Origin: Marsupella aquatica
Lineage: Eukaryota > Plantae > Marchantiophyta
Length of the DNA: 64,000 nucleotides
Assembly (NCBI GenBank): GCA_973895155.1
Contig: OZ316891.1
Location: forward strand, 5,117,708-5,181,707
Direction of reading: 5' to 3'
Made by a program: the position numbers and the translations under genes. How positions within the stretch are numbered: the stretch's first letter is position 1; each line of letters starts with the position of its first letter. Shown here one piece after another: positions 40,956 to 54,052 of the stretch. The notes under the pieces are model-generated. The model was not told the origin of the DNA, did no database searches, and worked only from the letters and a program-made list of their open reading frames with translations.

Positions 40956-43299
40956 GTTCTCATAATTTTGGTGACAAGTTCAGGCAGAAGGTGGCTTTTA
41001 GAATTATAGATTTATCCACTTCAACTTATGCACACCACATGAGAGGGGACGATTGTCTAAGGTCGTGCAGAACTCCTGCCAAGGACATGAGCACGTTTTT
41101 GTTCAATTCGGTGTTGGAACTCAAGCAGTACCATTCAGAGGGAAAATGACAATCAAACAATTGATAGGGACTGTCGGAAATCAACAGCAGACAGAATGGA
41201 AAACTCGGAAGAACTGGTGCAACCTCGAGCAATCACAGAGAGAGCTCTAGAGAGGGACCGAGAGGTTGAGGTAATAGTCTCGTGGCAATCGAAGGGTTCG
41301 GAACTTAACATAGCAGACACAAAAAATGTATGCTATGCAGGAGGAGAAACAGAGCAATAGAGCAACATAGCAAGAAGGCAGGGGTAGCATGGCAAAAGGA
41401 AAGAGTAAATTGAAACTATGAAACATAGCCAGATTGAAGCAGAAGAAGAGCACAACCTCTTGCAGCTCCCGTTTCTCCTCCCGTAGCTCCCGATGTAACC
41501 TCCCGCAGCTCCCGCAGCACGCTGACGAACGGTGAGACCTCATGCAGCTCTTCCCGCAGATCCTGCCTGCTGTGACCTCTCGAAGCTCCACCAATGTGAC
41601 CTCCCGCAGCTCCACCACTCCTCTGTAGCTTAGTTATCCCCAATCATAGCTTGCAGCTCCTTCCCAATGAACCCTAAACCACTCCTCGCAGCCGAGCTCG
41701 AGCTTATGACCCGTAGGTTATCACCAATCACAGCTTGTCGCCCTTCGTTGAGGTAGCCTCCCACAGCTCCTTCGTAATGTATTGTCCCAAGTCTCCTCCT
41801 CACCCACTGGTTATCATCGATCGCACATCGTCGCCCTTTGCAGCTTTCTGAGACATATAGCTCCAACGTTAACGCCAAATGCTCCGCAATGTTGCGCGAC
41901 ACTGCAACAATGGATTGGAGCTCTTCCGTGGTAGTAGCTCCCAAGTCCTACCGGCTCACCCTAAGCTTTCCTACTCCCCTGACCGCGCGCAGCACCCTGA
42001 TACAGTTTGTGGGAAGAAACGGAGTGCGCACTCCACAAAGCTGTCTCAACTCGCAACTGAACTCAAATGCGCCCCGCACTCCATGCACATTGCCCACCGC
42101 CACATTCCTTTGATGAAAACGCGCACCTCAACCACAAAAACCCTACATTTCACAACTTGTGCTCGACTCGACATTTGCCGTTGTGCACCTCCAATGCAGA
42201 TTTGTCGACCACTTTTGTTCCGAGGGCCTACTACAAGAACGAGGGAATTGGAGCACAATGTTGATTGTATGATCCAGGGTGTGATCTCAGCCGTTGGCAC
42301 TTGTGTAGGTGCCAAAAATCTAATACCTCTCCACTAGGTTGGACAATTTAATACCTCTCCACTAGGTTATAAACTTAATACCTCTCCATTATTGGTTTGC
42401 AAAAAACCCAATGAAGGTTATGGTATATCCAATTTAAAGAGAGCCCTAAAGGTCATGGCTGTTTGTGTAGGTGCCAACAAGAATGTTAAGGACGCATGTT
42501 ATATATAAAAAATGATGCCCGCAATATAAAAGGTCCTTTTGGACCAAGGGAAAACCTTGGTTTTCTAACTTGGTGCTCTAGAGTTATGGCTCAAAATCAC
42601 ATTGACCCTAAACCCATAACCCGCCCCTCATTTAAACAAATTAATCCTTCATGGGAGGTGAGGGTGTTGTGGATTACATTAGTGTAATTAACTATGTACC
42701 GGCCATGGTTTTTGAGTGATAGGTTATGTCTGCAAAAATATATGCATGCATGAACACAATTTTGGACTACCTTATTAGTCTCACCATATGATAGTGATAC
42801 TCATCCAAATGTTAGCATTTAATAGCTTTCCACTCGTGACTCAATTGAGAGAAACCTCGAGAGAAACCCTCAGTCATGACTCAAGCACATTTATAGGGCA
42901 ACTATTAGTTTCATATAGACATATGTATAGTATGTGTACTTTTGTACATGCCCTTGCCAACACCCTCGTCTAGGGCCCACTTCACGGGCCCCTTACATGC
43001 TACATGACCACTACATATGAGGCTATGTTGTCTAAGAGTTTTTGAGAGCATTACACCAAAGCATTAACAAGTGAGCCTTCCCATGACTATATGACCTCCA
43101 ATATGCCAACATTAATGGTTTCCAATATGACAGCGTGAGTGACCCCATGTTTAGTCCTCAGATTGAAGCACCATTTAATTCAAATGACCCAATGAACTCC
43201 CTTGTACCTCCAAAGAGAACCCCCCAATAGCCTTTGTAAAGACCACATTTCCAGTCATTTGGTACTTCTGACTTCTAGTATGACAACCAAGATTACCCT

Positions 43300-46200
43300 A
43301 ATTTGAGGTGTTTTCATTAATGACCACATATGCAGTCAATTGTTCAAATGACCTCCAATATGACTACCAAGATGACCCTTATTGTAGTCATTGGCATTAA
43401 TGACAGATATTATGTGAAAATGACCCAATAAAGAGTCTCTCAGAGTGCCCCCTTACAATTCCTTTGAAATTTAATAGAATATATCCAAAATCCAAATGTC
43501 AGCACAAACATGACATAGTTATATAGAAGGACATAGTCTTCCACTAGTATTGCACTATATCTCTCTTGGAGAGACAAAAAAATAATTTGTTTGCCTTTGG
43601 AACGAATGGTATGCATGCATGGTGATACTTTTGGCAAATCACTCCAAAGTTGTATGACTTGGGAGTGATTTTCCCCAATGTTGGATCATCCCTTAAGTAA
43701 TTGCAAAAACATGGCTCCAAAGTGCTCATGGTGCAACTAGTGGTTGGAGAATAGTGGGTATAGTAGGACCTCGCACCTTGTGGAGTGGTTGCCACCTTCA
43801 TGTAGGGACCCATGGCACACTAGGGCCACATTAAGCTCCTAGACCCAAAAGGGTCATTTTTTATGGTCCATAATGACACCATGAGGGACCTCTATCATGA
43901 CCCCATATGGAGTCATTTGGCACAAATGACTTCCAAACGGACGGCCAAAATGACCCTTACTGCAGTCTTTGGCATTAATGACACACTATTCCTCCAAAAT
44001 GACCCAATGAAGATTACAACACCTACTCACAATGCCCCGACACTATTCATATGCAAAATGGAGTATTCCCCATCCAAATACCGGCACAAACATGACACAA
44101 TTACATCACAAGATGACAACCTTCCATTGGTGTTGCGCTACTTCTTGGAGAGACAAAAAAATGGCTCCATTTGCGTTTGGATACGGTGGTATGCATCCAT
44201 GGTGACACTTTTGGAAAATCACTCCAAAGTCGTATGACTTGGGAGTGATTTCCCCAAGGGTGCATCATGCATTGATAAACGCAAAAACATGTGTCCAAAG
44301 TGTTTATGTCGCAACTAGTGGTTGGACAATGATGAGTATAGTGTCCCGCACCTAGTGGAGAATTTCTCACCTCTATGTGGGGCCACATGGCACTCTAGGG
44401 CCCACCTTCAACCCCTAGCCCCAAATTGGTCATTTGTGCTTCTATTTAATGACTGCATGGGGGACCACACAAATGACCACAAGTCTAGTCACTTGACTTA
44501 TATGACATACCATATGACAATATTAATGACTCTACTTGTAGTCATTGGCATTATGACACAAATTTGTCTAAAAATGACCCAATAAAGATTACACTACATC
44601 CTTCATTGCCCCGTCACTATTCATTTGCAAAATAGAATATTCCCCATCCAAACAAAGGCACAAACATGACACAATTACATGGAAGGATGATAGTCTTCCA
44701 TTGGTGTTGCGCTACTTCGTGCAGAAACAAAAAATGGCTTCATTTCCCTTTGGATAGGATGGTATGCATCAATGGTGACACTTTTGGCAAATCACTCCAA
44801 AGTTGTATGACTTGGGAGTGATTTCCCCAAGATTGTATCATCCCTTAAGTAAACACAGAAATGAGACCAAAGTGCTAATGATGCAACTAGTGGTTGGAGA
44901 ATCATAAATATAGTATTTGGCATATAGTGGAGGGGTTGCGAGCTCTATGTGGGGCTACATGGCACTCTAGCGCCGACCTCCAGCCCTTAGCCCCAAATTG
45001 GTCATTCAGGCTTGTCTTCAATGACTGCACTAGGGACCCACCAAATGACAACAAGTCCAGTCATTTGACTTATATGACATCCTAAATGACAATTTCAACG
45101 ACCCTATTTGTAGTCATTGGCACTTATGACACAACTTTGCGCAAAAATGACCCAATGGGGGCCATAGTACCTCCAAAGAGAGCCCGCTTTAGATTCCTTG
45201 GAAGGTCTGAATATTCCTCTTCTCTAAACCCGCACCCACACCATACCAGGAAGCACGACTCCCTTGCCCATTCCATTGGTGCATCACTACCTCTTGGGGA
45301 ACCAAAAAACAACTTTTATTTGCCTTTGGATGGGATGGTATACATCCATGGTTGCACTTTTGGAAAATCACTCCAAAGTCGTACGACTTGGGAGTGATTT
45401 CCCCAAAGGTGCATCATGCCTTAAGTAAACGCAAAAACATGTGTCCAAAGTGTTTATGTCGCAACTAGTGGTTGGACAATGATGAGTATAGTGTCCCGCA
45501 CCTAGTGGAGGGGTTCTCACCTCTATGTGGGGCCCCATGGCACTCTAGGGCCCACCTCAAGCCCCTAGCCCCAAACTGGTCATTTGTGCTTTTCCTTAAT
45601 GACTGCATAAGGGACCCCTCAAATGACCACAAATCCAGTCATTAGACTGATATGACACTCCATATGACAGTTTTAATGACCCTACTTTTAGTCATTGGCA
45701 TTTATGACGGGCCATTGCTCACATATGACCCAATAAAGGCCCTAGTACCTCCAACTAGAGCCAACTCTAGATTCCTTGCAAGATTGGAATATTCCTCTTT
45801 GCTAAACCCGCACCCACACCATACTGAGAAGCACGACTCCCTTGCCCATTCCATTGGTGCATCACTACCTCTTGGGGAACCAAAAAACAACTTTTATTTG
45901 CCTTTGGATGTGATGGTATGCATGCATGGTGACACTTTTGGAAAATCACTCCAAAGTCATACTACTTGGGAGTGATTTCCCCAAAGGTGCATCATGCCTT
46001 AAGTAAACGCAAAAACATGTGTCCAAAGTGTTTATGTCGCAACTAGTGGTTGGACAATGATGAGTATAGTGTCCCGCACCTAGTGGAGGGGTTCTCACCT
46101 CTATGTGGGGCCCCATTGCACTCTAGGGCCCATCTCCAGCCCCTAGCCCCAAACTGGTCATTTGTGCTTGTGTTTAATGATTGCATGAGGGACCACACAA

Positions 46201-46690
46201 ATGACCACAAGTCTCGTCACTTGACTGATATGACATACCATATGACAGTTTAATGACTCTACTTGTAGTCATTGGCATTATGACACAAATTTGTCTAAAA
46301 ATGACCCAATAAAGATTACACTACATCCTTCATTGCCCTGTCACTATTCATTTGCAAAATAGAATATTCCCCATCCAAACAAAGGCACAAACATGACACA
46401 ATTACAACAAAGGATGACAACCTTCCATTGGTATTGCCCTACTTCTTGGAGAGACAAAAAAGTTTCATTTGCCTTTGGATACGATAGTATGCGCGCATCT
46501 ATATATGGTGACAGTTCTGGAAAATCACTCCAAAGGTGTATGACTTGGGAGTGATTTCCCCAAAGCTAGGTGCATCATGCCTAAAGTAAATGCAAGACAT
46601 GTGTTCAAATTGCTAATCGGCAACTAGTGGGAGGACAATGATGAGTATTGTGTCCCGCACTTAGTGGAAGGGTTATCAACCATATCAATG
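43300..46690. repeat. Tandem array of ~577-bp units x ~6 inside the CACTA
   Basis: ATGACCCAAT anchors at ~43421, 43999, 44574, 45147, 45724 and 46301. CACTCCAAAG..TA(T/C)GACTTGGGAGTG-type anchors at ~43640, 44220, 44793, 45369, 45947 and 46527. Confidence 0.95.
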
Positions 46691-46769
46691 ACTCTACAAT
46701 TATGACCGGTGTCTGGAATGACTATTGAGTATTTTAATTTTCATATCTCTTGGGTTCTTTAATGACTCT

Positions 46770-47200
46770 ATAAATAGTCATTTATGCAATAAGTCCATAA
46801 TGACTGTATGTTATTGTAAACATTGAATATCGTAATTTTTAGATTGACCCTATATTTAGTCATTTATGCGACAAGTCCATAATGACAGTATGTTATTGTA
46901 AACACCGATATATTCTAATTTCAAGAATGACTATGGAATTAGTCATTTATATGAGAGAAGTCCATAATGACAGTATGTTCTTGTAAACACTGATATGTCC
47001 TAATTTCAAGATTGACCCTAGAGTTAGTCATTTATGAGAGAAGTCCATAATGACGGTATGTTCTTGTAAACATTGATATGTCCTAATTTCAAGATTGACC
47101 CTAGAGTTAGTCATTTATGGGAGGAGTCCATAATGACAATATGTTGTTGTAAACACTGATATATTCTTATTTTCAGATTGACCCTATATTTTGTCATTTA
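46770..47200. repeat. ~83-bp subterminal tandem repeat x ~5
   Basis: AGTCCATAATGAC..TATGTT.TTGTAAACA at ~46791, 46873, 46958, 47041 and 47124. Confidence 0.9.
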
Positions 47201-50182
47201 ACACCGTTGGTTAAAATGACGGTAATACATTTTTTGTCATTTATCACCGTTGTCCAAAATGACCTAAATAGATTTTTGGTCATTTCTATCATTGTCTAGA
47301 GTGACTATAATGTTGCTAAACATTGATTTATCATTGTTGTTATTATTTGCGTCATTTAAGACACGTGTCTAAATTGACCATTTAGGAAAATTGGGTCATT
47401 TTGGTCGCATCAGTCATTACAGACATTATACAAAATGACGCAAAAGTTAACATTTTGTCATTTCAGTCTATTGGTCATTGTGGATAGTCATCCCCTGTCA
47501 TTCTTTTTGTGTCATTAGAAATTTTGGTCATTTATTCATCTCTGTCATTGGGTGATTGGTCATAAAGGGCCCTGTTTTCTTCTAGTGCATGTGATGTGCC
47601 ACTTCTGTGGAAGTGACCTCCCACCTGAGCTTGTTGTCCTAAAAACTTCAAAATTCATTTTTTTTCTAAATGTCACACAGGTTTTGTCTGAACCCGACAC
47701 TTTTGAGTGGGGTTTGTGTCAAAAGAGGTGCACCTGCAGCAAAATTACACCCTGGTGAGGACCCTAGTGTAATTAGGTGATTATTCTAAAAAGAGAGTTA
47801 AAGTATCAAAATCATAATTTTTTTAAATTTTTAAGTTTTTTATAAGGCCCTTTAAGCAAAATTAAGTTAGTATAAGCTCAAATGGGTAAGGGTACCATTG
47901 GAAGACGTCAAGGCCACCCTGGTTTTCACATAGTAAGCGTCAAGACGGCAAGAAGTTGAAAGGAGCTTCAAAAATGAGGTGACGGCCTGGACGGCCTTCT
48001 CACGAAGACGGCGCCGGCTTGGACGGCTTCTACACAGGGACGGCCGGGACAGCACCCATTTTTCACAAGGACGGCCGACTCCTTCCGCGCCGGTCCGCGT
48101 GAAAACTTGTGGACGTCTTGGACGGCCTCCACGTAGGGACATCCGGGACGTCCACCCCGTCACAACCTAACTTGACGTCCGCGCCGGCCTGATCACACTT
48201 TTCTACTTTTCTTCAAGGGACGTCCATGGCGGCCGACAGTAGGGCGTGAGCTTCGACCCTCAATGCTTACTTGTTAGACCACCATTCGAGCTCGTTTCAC
48301 TTGCTATAGCAGCGCAACTGCCTAGAGAATGTTCACCATGATTCCGAACTGCCATTGATAAGATGTTGAGGGGTATTGGGTCATCGATGCTCTCTGATTT
48401 CTTGGAATTGAGGAAATTTCAATTTTGAGAGCTTCGCCTGATCAGAACTCCTTCATTTTCATCTCTTTCCAGTTCATTTTTTCTCCCATAGCAGCACAAC
48501 TACCTTAGATCCCTGAGATTTCATTCTTGAGCCTCAATGCTTAGCCATTTTTAGGAGGAGAGCTCTCGAGCCTTCTCACATTTTCTGAGCTATGGCCACC
48601 AGAAGCTTACCAATTAGTAAGGCCATTAGGGTGACCTTACCCCCAGGTCCTAAGGCTTACTTTAGACTCCTTAGTAACCTGGTAGAGATGGGCTTGAGTT
48701 CCTTACTTTTTCTTCCTTGGGATATGGTGCATGGGTCCATCATTGCCAATTTTCTTTGTCCACCCCAAGCTGGCGCTTTCCGGAGTTCTACTAGAGGTTC
48801 AGCTGATGTGTGTACCACCGCCGTTATTTCTGAGGTGTACCAGTTGAGCTAGGAGGGAGAGAGACTGATCTCTGTTGGGGAGGACTTGACTGTCCCCTAC
48901 TTTAGAGGTACCAAGAACCGGAGGTCTGGTTGGAAGATTGATCAGTGCAGGAACCGAGAGTTAGCTCATCTACTCCGATTCCTTGTACCTATCTTTCATC
49001 CGACCAAACCCACCAGGGCTATGGTTTACTTGACCAGCTCTATCATCGTTTCATGGACCGGCAAGAGGAAGATCAATTGTGCCCTAGCTCTTTCGGAGGT
49101 GATCGCCAAGCAGGTGGCTGTCCTGTCTACTACCGATGATACATATCTAACACCCTACTTGGCGCACATTTACATTTCAAGAGGCTGCTTGTTATCAGTG
49201 GAGCTGAGCGATTGGAGGAGGAGAGCGAGACACTTTGAGCTCCCTCAGCCAGAGTTAGCAAGAGAGTTGACTCCACCGCCTACGACATCTCCGAGACCCC
49301 CTCTAGTGGAGCAGACGTCAGCACCGGATCTACCAGGGATGACTTCTCCCTCTTTCGTTGCTTCCACTTCTTACCCATCATGGACTGATTTTGTTGGTGA
49401 TGCTGAGCGACTAGCTAGTGTGGCTGGTTTCAACCAGCATTTGGTAGATGAGGCCACTAGACTCTTGAGTTGTACCCCTCTGCAGTTACTTGACTGTATT
49501 CGTGCTTTGCTTTCCGAGTCTCGTACCGCCCCACGTACCCCCTCATGTTTCACCCCTTGCACCTTCACCACAGCCTGATCACCCTATGGATGTGGATGAG
49601 CCGGAGGTATCTATTGCTGATCCTTCACTCCCTCCTCCATCCTCACCTACACCCCTCTACCTGATCCCCTTCTTTCCCCTATTCTTGATTCCCCTATCCC
49701 TCCTACATTTACACTTGAGCATCCTCCATCTCCTACCCTTGAGCCTGAGCCTAAGAGTGTAGAGTCTCCCAGTGTACCATTTATAGCTCCTACTCCTTTG
49801 ATGTCTCAGCCTCCTATTGTCTCTTCTGTTGCCAACATTGAGCCTCTTTTTGTCTTTCCCGCCCAGTTTGATAGGATGATTACGTCACTCATCGACGCAC
49901 GCAATCCTCTTGCACCTCCTTTACCTCCACTTATGTTTGGTCGTGAGTCTTTCCCTTTTTCACACACCTACGACATGGTTCTGATTTCTCGTGGTATTCT
50001 ATGGCTACCTATCGACAAGCTGAGACTACCCACGATTGAGACTCCTGACCTTTGGAGTTGGGTTTATCATTGTAGAAAGGTCATTGCACCTTTCCCTCTT
50101 CCAGCTCCAGACATTCCATGGCCATCGGATTACTTTGTTTGGATCGGATCGGATCGGATGGACATCCCATCCGGAAGACCAG

Positions 50183-53100
50183 TGTCGCGCCCCTAACCCG
50201 GGCCTTAAATCCAATTTAGTTCCATGGGGCGACCTTGACCACCAGTAGGGGTGAGGGTTCGGGCGAGGAGGTGTGTAGTGGCCTCGATTGACCCTAAGTC
50301 GGGCTAAGGCAATATACTTACTGGTATAACATTCACGCAACTCGTACTAGTCATAGGTATATTTGTTTTCCACCACTGGAATATTCCCACAGTTAGTGAC
50401 TCGGACTAACTCCCGGCTTGGGGCTTTCAAGCCATCGATGCGACAAAACCTTGTGACATGCAATGGGTGGCAATCCGTACCATTAGTTTGCACCTGGTAC
50501 GTCCCTTGAAATGGCGCCTTTGCCCAGACAAAGCATACACACAACACCAGTTACTTGCGAAAATATTAGAGGGAAAAGACTACATTTACTCAGCAAAGAA
50601 TCAGTTTACATAGTTGACTCGACTTCTAAGGGGGTCAGCGGGCCCAACGGCAGTTGATGCCCAGTCTCTATGAGGCCCCGCCCTGCACTTGCCCAGCAAG
50701 CTTGACTTTGGCTCTCACTCCTTGGTGCGCTCTGACCCTGCTCAGGCCGGGACTCCCCGTGCCTCGCCTTTCCTTACGCTGAGATAACTAAGCCTTCTCC
50801 CCTTCCCACAACGGAAGGGAGAGCCTAAATACTACGGTGGTGGAAAGGAACCGAAAGATACTACCTTCCGGGGTAATGCCTACTGACTAACTACCCTCTG
50901 ACTAGCCGGCCGCACTCCTCTGACCGGTTGACTGTTGACGACAAGGGCGCTAACCAAAATGGCAGCAGCTAAGTCTACTGACCAAAATCTAGTCCGTTGA
51001 TGGACTCGATCCTACGTTGGCTGATCCTAACTGATCCGGTCCTAATTCTTCCTACTGTGCCGCTAATCGACACCTAATGATAGCTATTCTGTCGTTACGC
51101 CTAACCAGAAGATGCTGCTGACTCAACCGCTTTGCGTGACGCCTGCTTCCTCCCTTCGCTAACCACCCCTTACGTGCGAGCCGTGGTCGGACCAGGGTTT
51201 GTCCCTCTGTCGGGGCGAGACCTCTAGCCGCCTTGATCAGAGGTGGGCCCAAGTCTTCACCGCTGGAGGACAAGCAGGGTAATGCAGTCCTGTAAGGCCT
51301 TGTTGTCTCGCACCGCCTCCTCAGCCTTGTTGGCAGCTTCATCGGCCTCTGTCTGGAGCCGTGCTACCTCCAGGTTGAGCTGGTTAATGGAGTCACGATG
51401 GGTCTGGTTCTGCGTCAACAATTTATCCCGTTCAGCGGAGAGACTACCTACCTACTGAGCTGTTTGTAGGAATTGGTTGTTGAGGTCGGTGAGGCTGGTA
51501 ACCCGGGCCGAGGATTCCGAGCGCAACTGAAGCACGGTATCATCCATCTTCTTGAGATCCGCTTGCGCCCTGCTTAACTCCTGGGTTAGTCCGTCCCGAT
51601 GTTCAACGGTGCGGACTAACTCCTCACGGTGGGTAGTGGCCTCCTCCTCGAGGTGTTCTACCAGCATTTGGAGGCGCCCGATCTCATTCCCCTTTGCCAT
51701 GAGTTCTTCTTCCAAGCGGCTTACGATCCGTGGTTGGTGCTCTAACATGAAGAAGGCTGGTTGAAAGTACGCCGAGACTTGTTGTCCGATGTACGTCGCC
51801 AGCTCCCTTGATAGAGTCTGACTAAACTTCTGGACCAGGTCGTAGGCCATGGTCCCTGGGGCTACTTGGTAGTCCTCCATCCTCTCGGGTACCGGTGGTT
51901 CCTCGGGCGGGGCAACAAGCTCCTTCGTAGTCTGCGCTGGGGAGGGGAAGGTTTCTTCAAGTGGTGGAGGGATTGGAGGTGGTTGTACTGGGGGTAGCGG
52001 AGGCTCGACGGAAGGGGGCGGCGGAATTTCAACCAGGGGAGGTGACGGAGTATTAGTCGGGGCTTCCGGCTTGGGGTTTTCCCGAGGCGAGGTAGTCCGC
52101 TCATTTGGGGTAGCCTCCTTCGTAGCGGGGGTGACATTAGTCGGAGCTGAGGTGGCCATATTCTTTCCCCTGGCCTCCCGCCGTGCTTTGTACCAGGCAA
52201 GGATGATGGCGATATGACTTCCCAGGTAAGTCTTCCCCCGATAGCCATACCTCCCTGAGCCCGCTTAAGCTCTCCCGAGAACCTTCGGTAAAAGAATTGG
52301 GCCCAGTTCCGCCGTTTGTATTGTTCCACGGGCATGATCGTGCAGAGGGAGATCTCGGATCGTGGCTCAATCATGTGTAGGGTAGTCCATATGAAGTTAA
52401 GCCGCTCCATGCAAATTAAGTTGGTGCACGACCCCTGCTTGTATCCGTTGTTTGTCTTACCTTCGGGTTTGAAGTGCCGAGGTGTATACTCCTTATCCCA
52501 AATTCGGAGTTCAACCGGCACCGGCCCGATTGGCAGGCAGAAGATCTGTGCTAACCAATGCTCCGTGAGTGATAAGGTCTGCCCTAAAACCTTAGTGGTC
52601 GATGCGTCGGTGTTGAAATTGGAGATGAACTCATAAATCTCCTTTGGCCCGGCCGCGCACGGTCTCCATAGCAAGTGAGCAAACTGCTCCAACTGATGCT
52701 CCTTGAGATAGTCCGCGTGGTCGAGTTTCTTGATCGCGATCCAGACTACCTCGGGAATGCAAATTACCTGTAATAAGTTAGACTTGGGATTATCCGGGGG
52801 CCGTCCAAGGGGCCGTCGGGTCTGGTTGGCCGGGGGGTTTGCCGGGGCAGGTGCAGGAGCGGCGTTGGTTCGCGTTGTCGAATCGGGGGCCGGTGTCGTT
52901 CTTGCCCACTTACGAGAACGCTGCTCGAGATGCGGACTAACTCGCTCGGAACCCGAAGAACACTCGGTGTTGTCCACGGGACGGGCTTGGGACCGGTTTG
53001 GAGGTATGCCGGTGGTCATCGGTTGAGGCGTTGGTGGTGTCGGTGTAGCCATATCCCAGTTGAAGGCGTTGGAGCTTTCCCCGAGGAACATAAGATTACG

Positions 53101-54052
53101 CGCCACTTCCCGTTGTCTGCTGATGTCTTCTTGGCGCTTTTCGGCTGCGATCTGCTGGTCTAGGTACTCCGGGATCTTGTCGAACTTTGCTTGAGTAAGC
53201 CGCTGGATGCCCTTCAGCCTAAAGAACTTTGCGGGGACTTCAAGAATCGCCTCTGCTACCGATCTAAGCCCTTCCTCGTTGAGATATAGCTCGGTGATGT
53301 AGTCTCGCAACTCGTTGTAGCTGGAATCCCTGGTGATGGCTGTCTTCTCGCAATTAACCTGTGCTACCTTGAATTGGCCACCAGCTTTGCGTATCTTCGT
53401 TCATAAGCGGCTTTCTTGGGACAAGAGTACCAGTAAGTCTCGGAGAACTTAGCACCTACCTCGCCAAACAAGGTCCAAAATCCCAAGGCTGTAAGGGTCA
53501 TACTAACCTTTGTAGTCCGGTTTGTCGAGTCCGCGTTCCCGCTGTTCGGTTCGCTTACTGGTGGAGGCCTTCCTCGTCCTGACTAAATCTTGCCACAACC
53601 CGCTCTTATCCCTCGATGATCTCCTCGTAAAGGTCAGCTTGATTCGAGCAAGAAGGCGAGAAAATGGCAGCGTCCGTAAATTCCGAAAGGTAGAAATGAG
53701 AAAATGGCCCGCAACGCCATCGACTCCTCTCTTATGGAGGTGCCAGGGTGAGCTCGAGCGTGAGAGGGCTAGGCCGTTTTGGTCGTTGATAATGAGCTGA
53801 AGTCGGCGTCTCAGTCCAAGCGTGATTCTTCTAACGGATTTTTACTCCGCCGCCGCCACTATACCTCGGTTGAGCGTAATAATCCTCTTCCTTAATTTGT
53901 AATCATTCGGTCAACTACCCTACTCCTAATCTATTCATAATGGCAAAAGACGGCTATTCGTGCTATTCTATGCTACGGCTACGGTCCTAATGACCGTATA
54001 AGACCTAATCTATGACCTGCGTGCGGTTAAGTGACACGTTACCCGTGTCACA
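50183..54052 (-). mobile_element. 3,870-bp solo-LTR-like element containing a long ORF
   Basis: Starts TGTCGCGCCCC (50183) and ends CGTGTCACA (54052), with a perfect 5-bp TSD ACCAG (50178-50182 / 54053-54057). No gag/pol and no internal LTR pair were seen. Confidence 0.88.
51100..53400 (-). pseudogene. Element-internal ORF: Transposase_32-like domain, Pro-rich linker, long coiled coil
   Basis: EIYEFISNF...TKVLGQTLSLTEHWLAQIFCLP...GYKQGSC...NWAQFFY. A 1-nt frameshift in the G-run at ~52237 continues as KTYLGSHIAIILAWYK, then Pro-rich and heptad-rich segments (RLEEELMAKGNEIGRLQMLVEHLEEE...). The coiled coil reads through a TAG at 51452-51454. Ends are approximate. Confidence 0.75.

Larger units (their letters stand above)
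30563..47587 (-). mobile_element. CACTA/EnSpm DNA transposon, 17,025 bp, structurally complete but coding-defective
   Basis: Left TIR CACTAGTAGAAAACA (30563) and right TIR TGTTTTCTTCTAGTG (ends 47587) match 14/15. The 3-bp TSD is CAT (30560-30562 / 47588-47590). Subterminal regions are ATGAC/GTCAT-rich and TnpD and TnpA genes lie inside. Confidence 0.95.

Noticed and set aside
41247-41944. ORFs with ELRE-type repeats in the CACTA
   Set aside because: They derive from degenerate GCAGCTCC low-complexity repeats in the probable promoter/leader; no domain recognised.
43440-46253. Recurrent short ORFs in the 577-bp array
   Set aside because: By-products of the tandem repeat; frames are not conserved among units.
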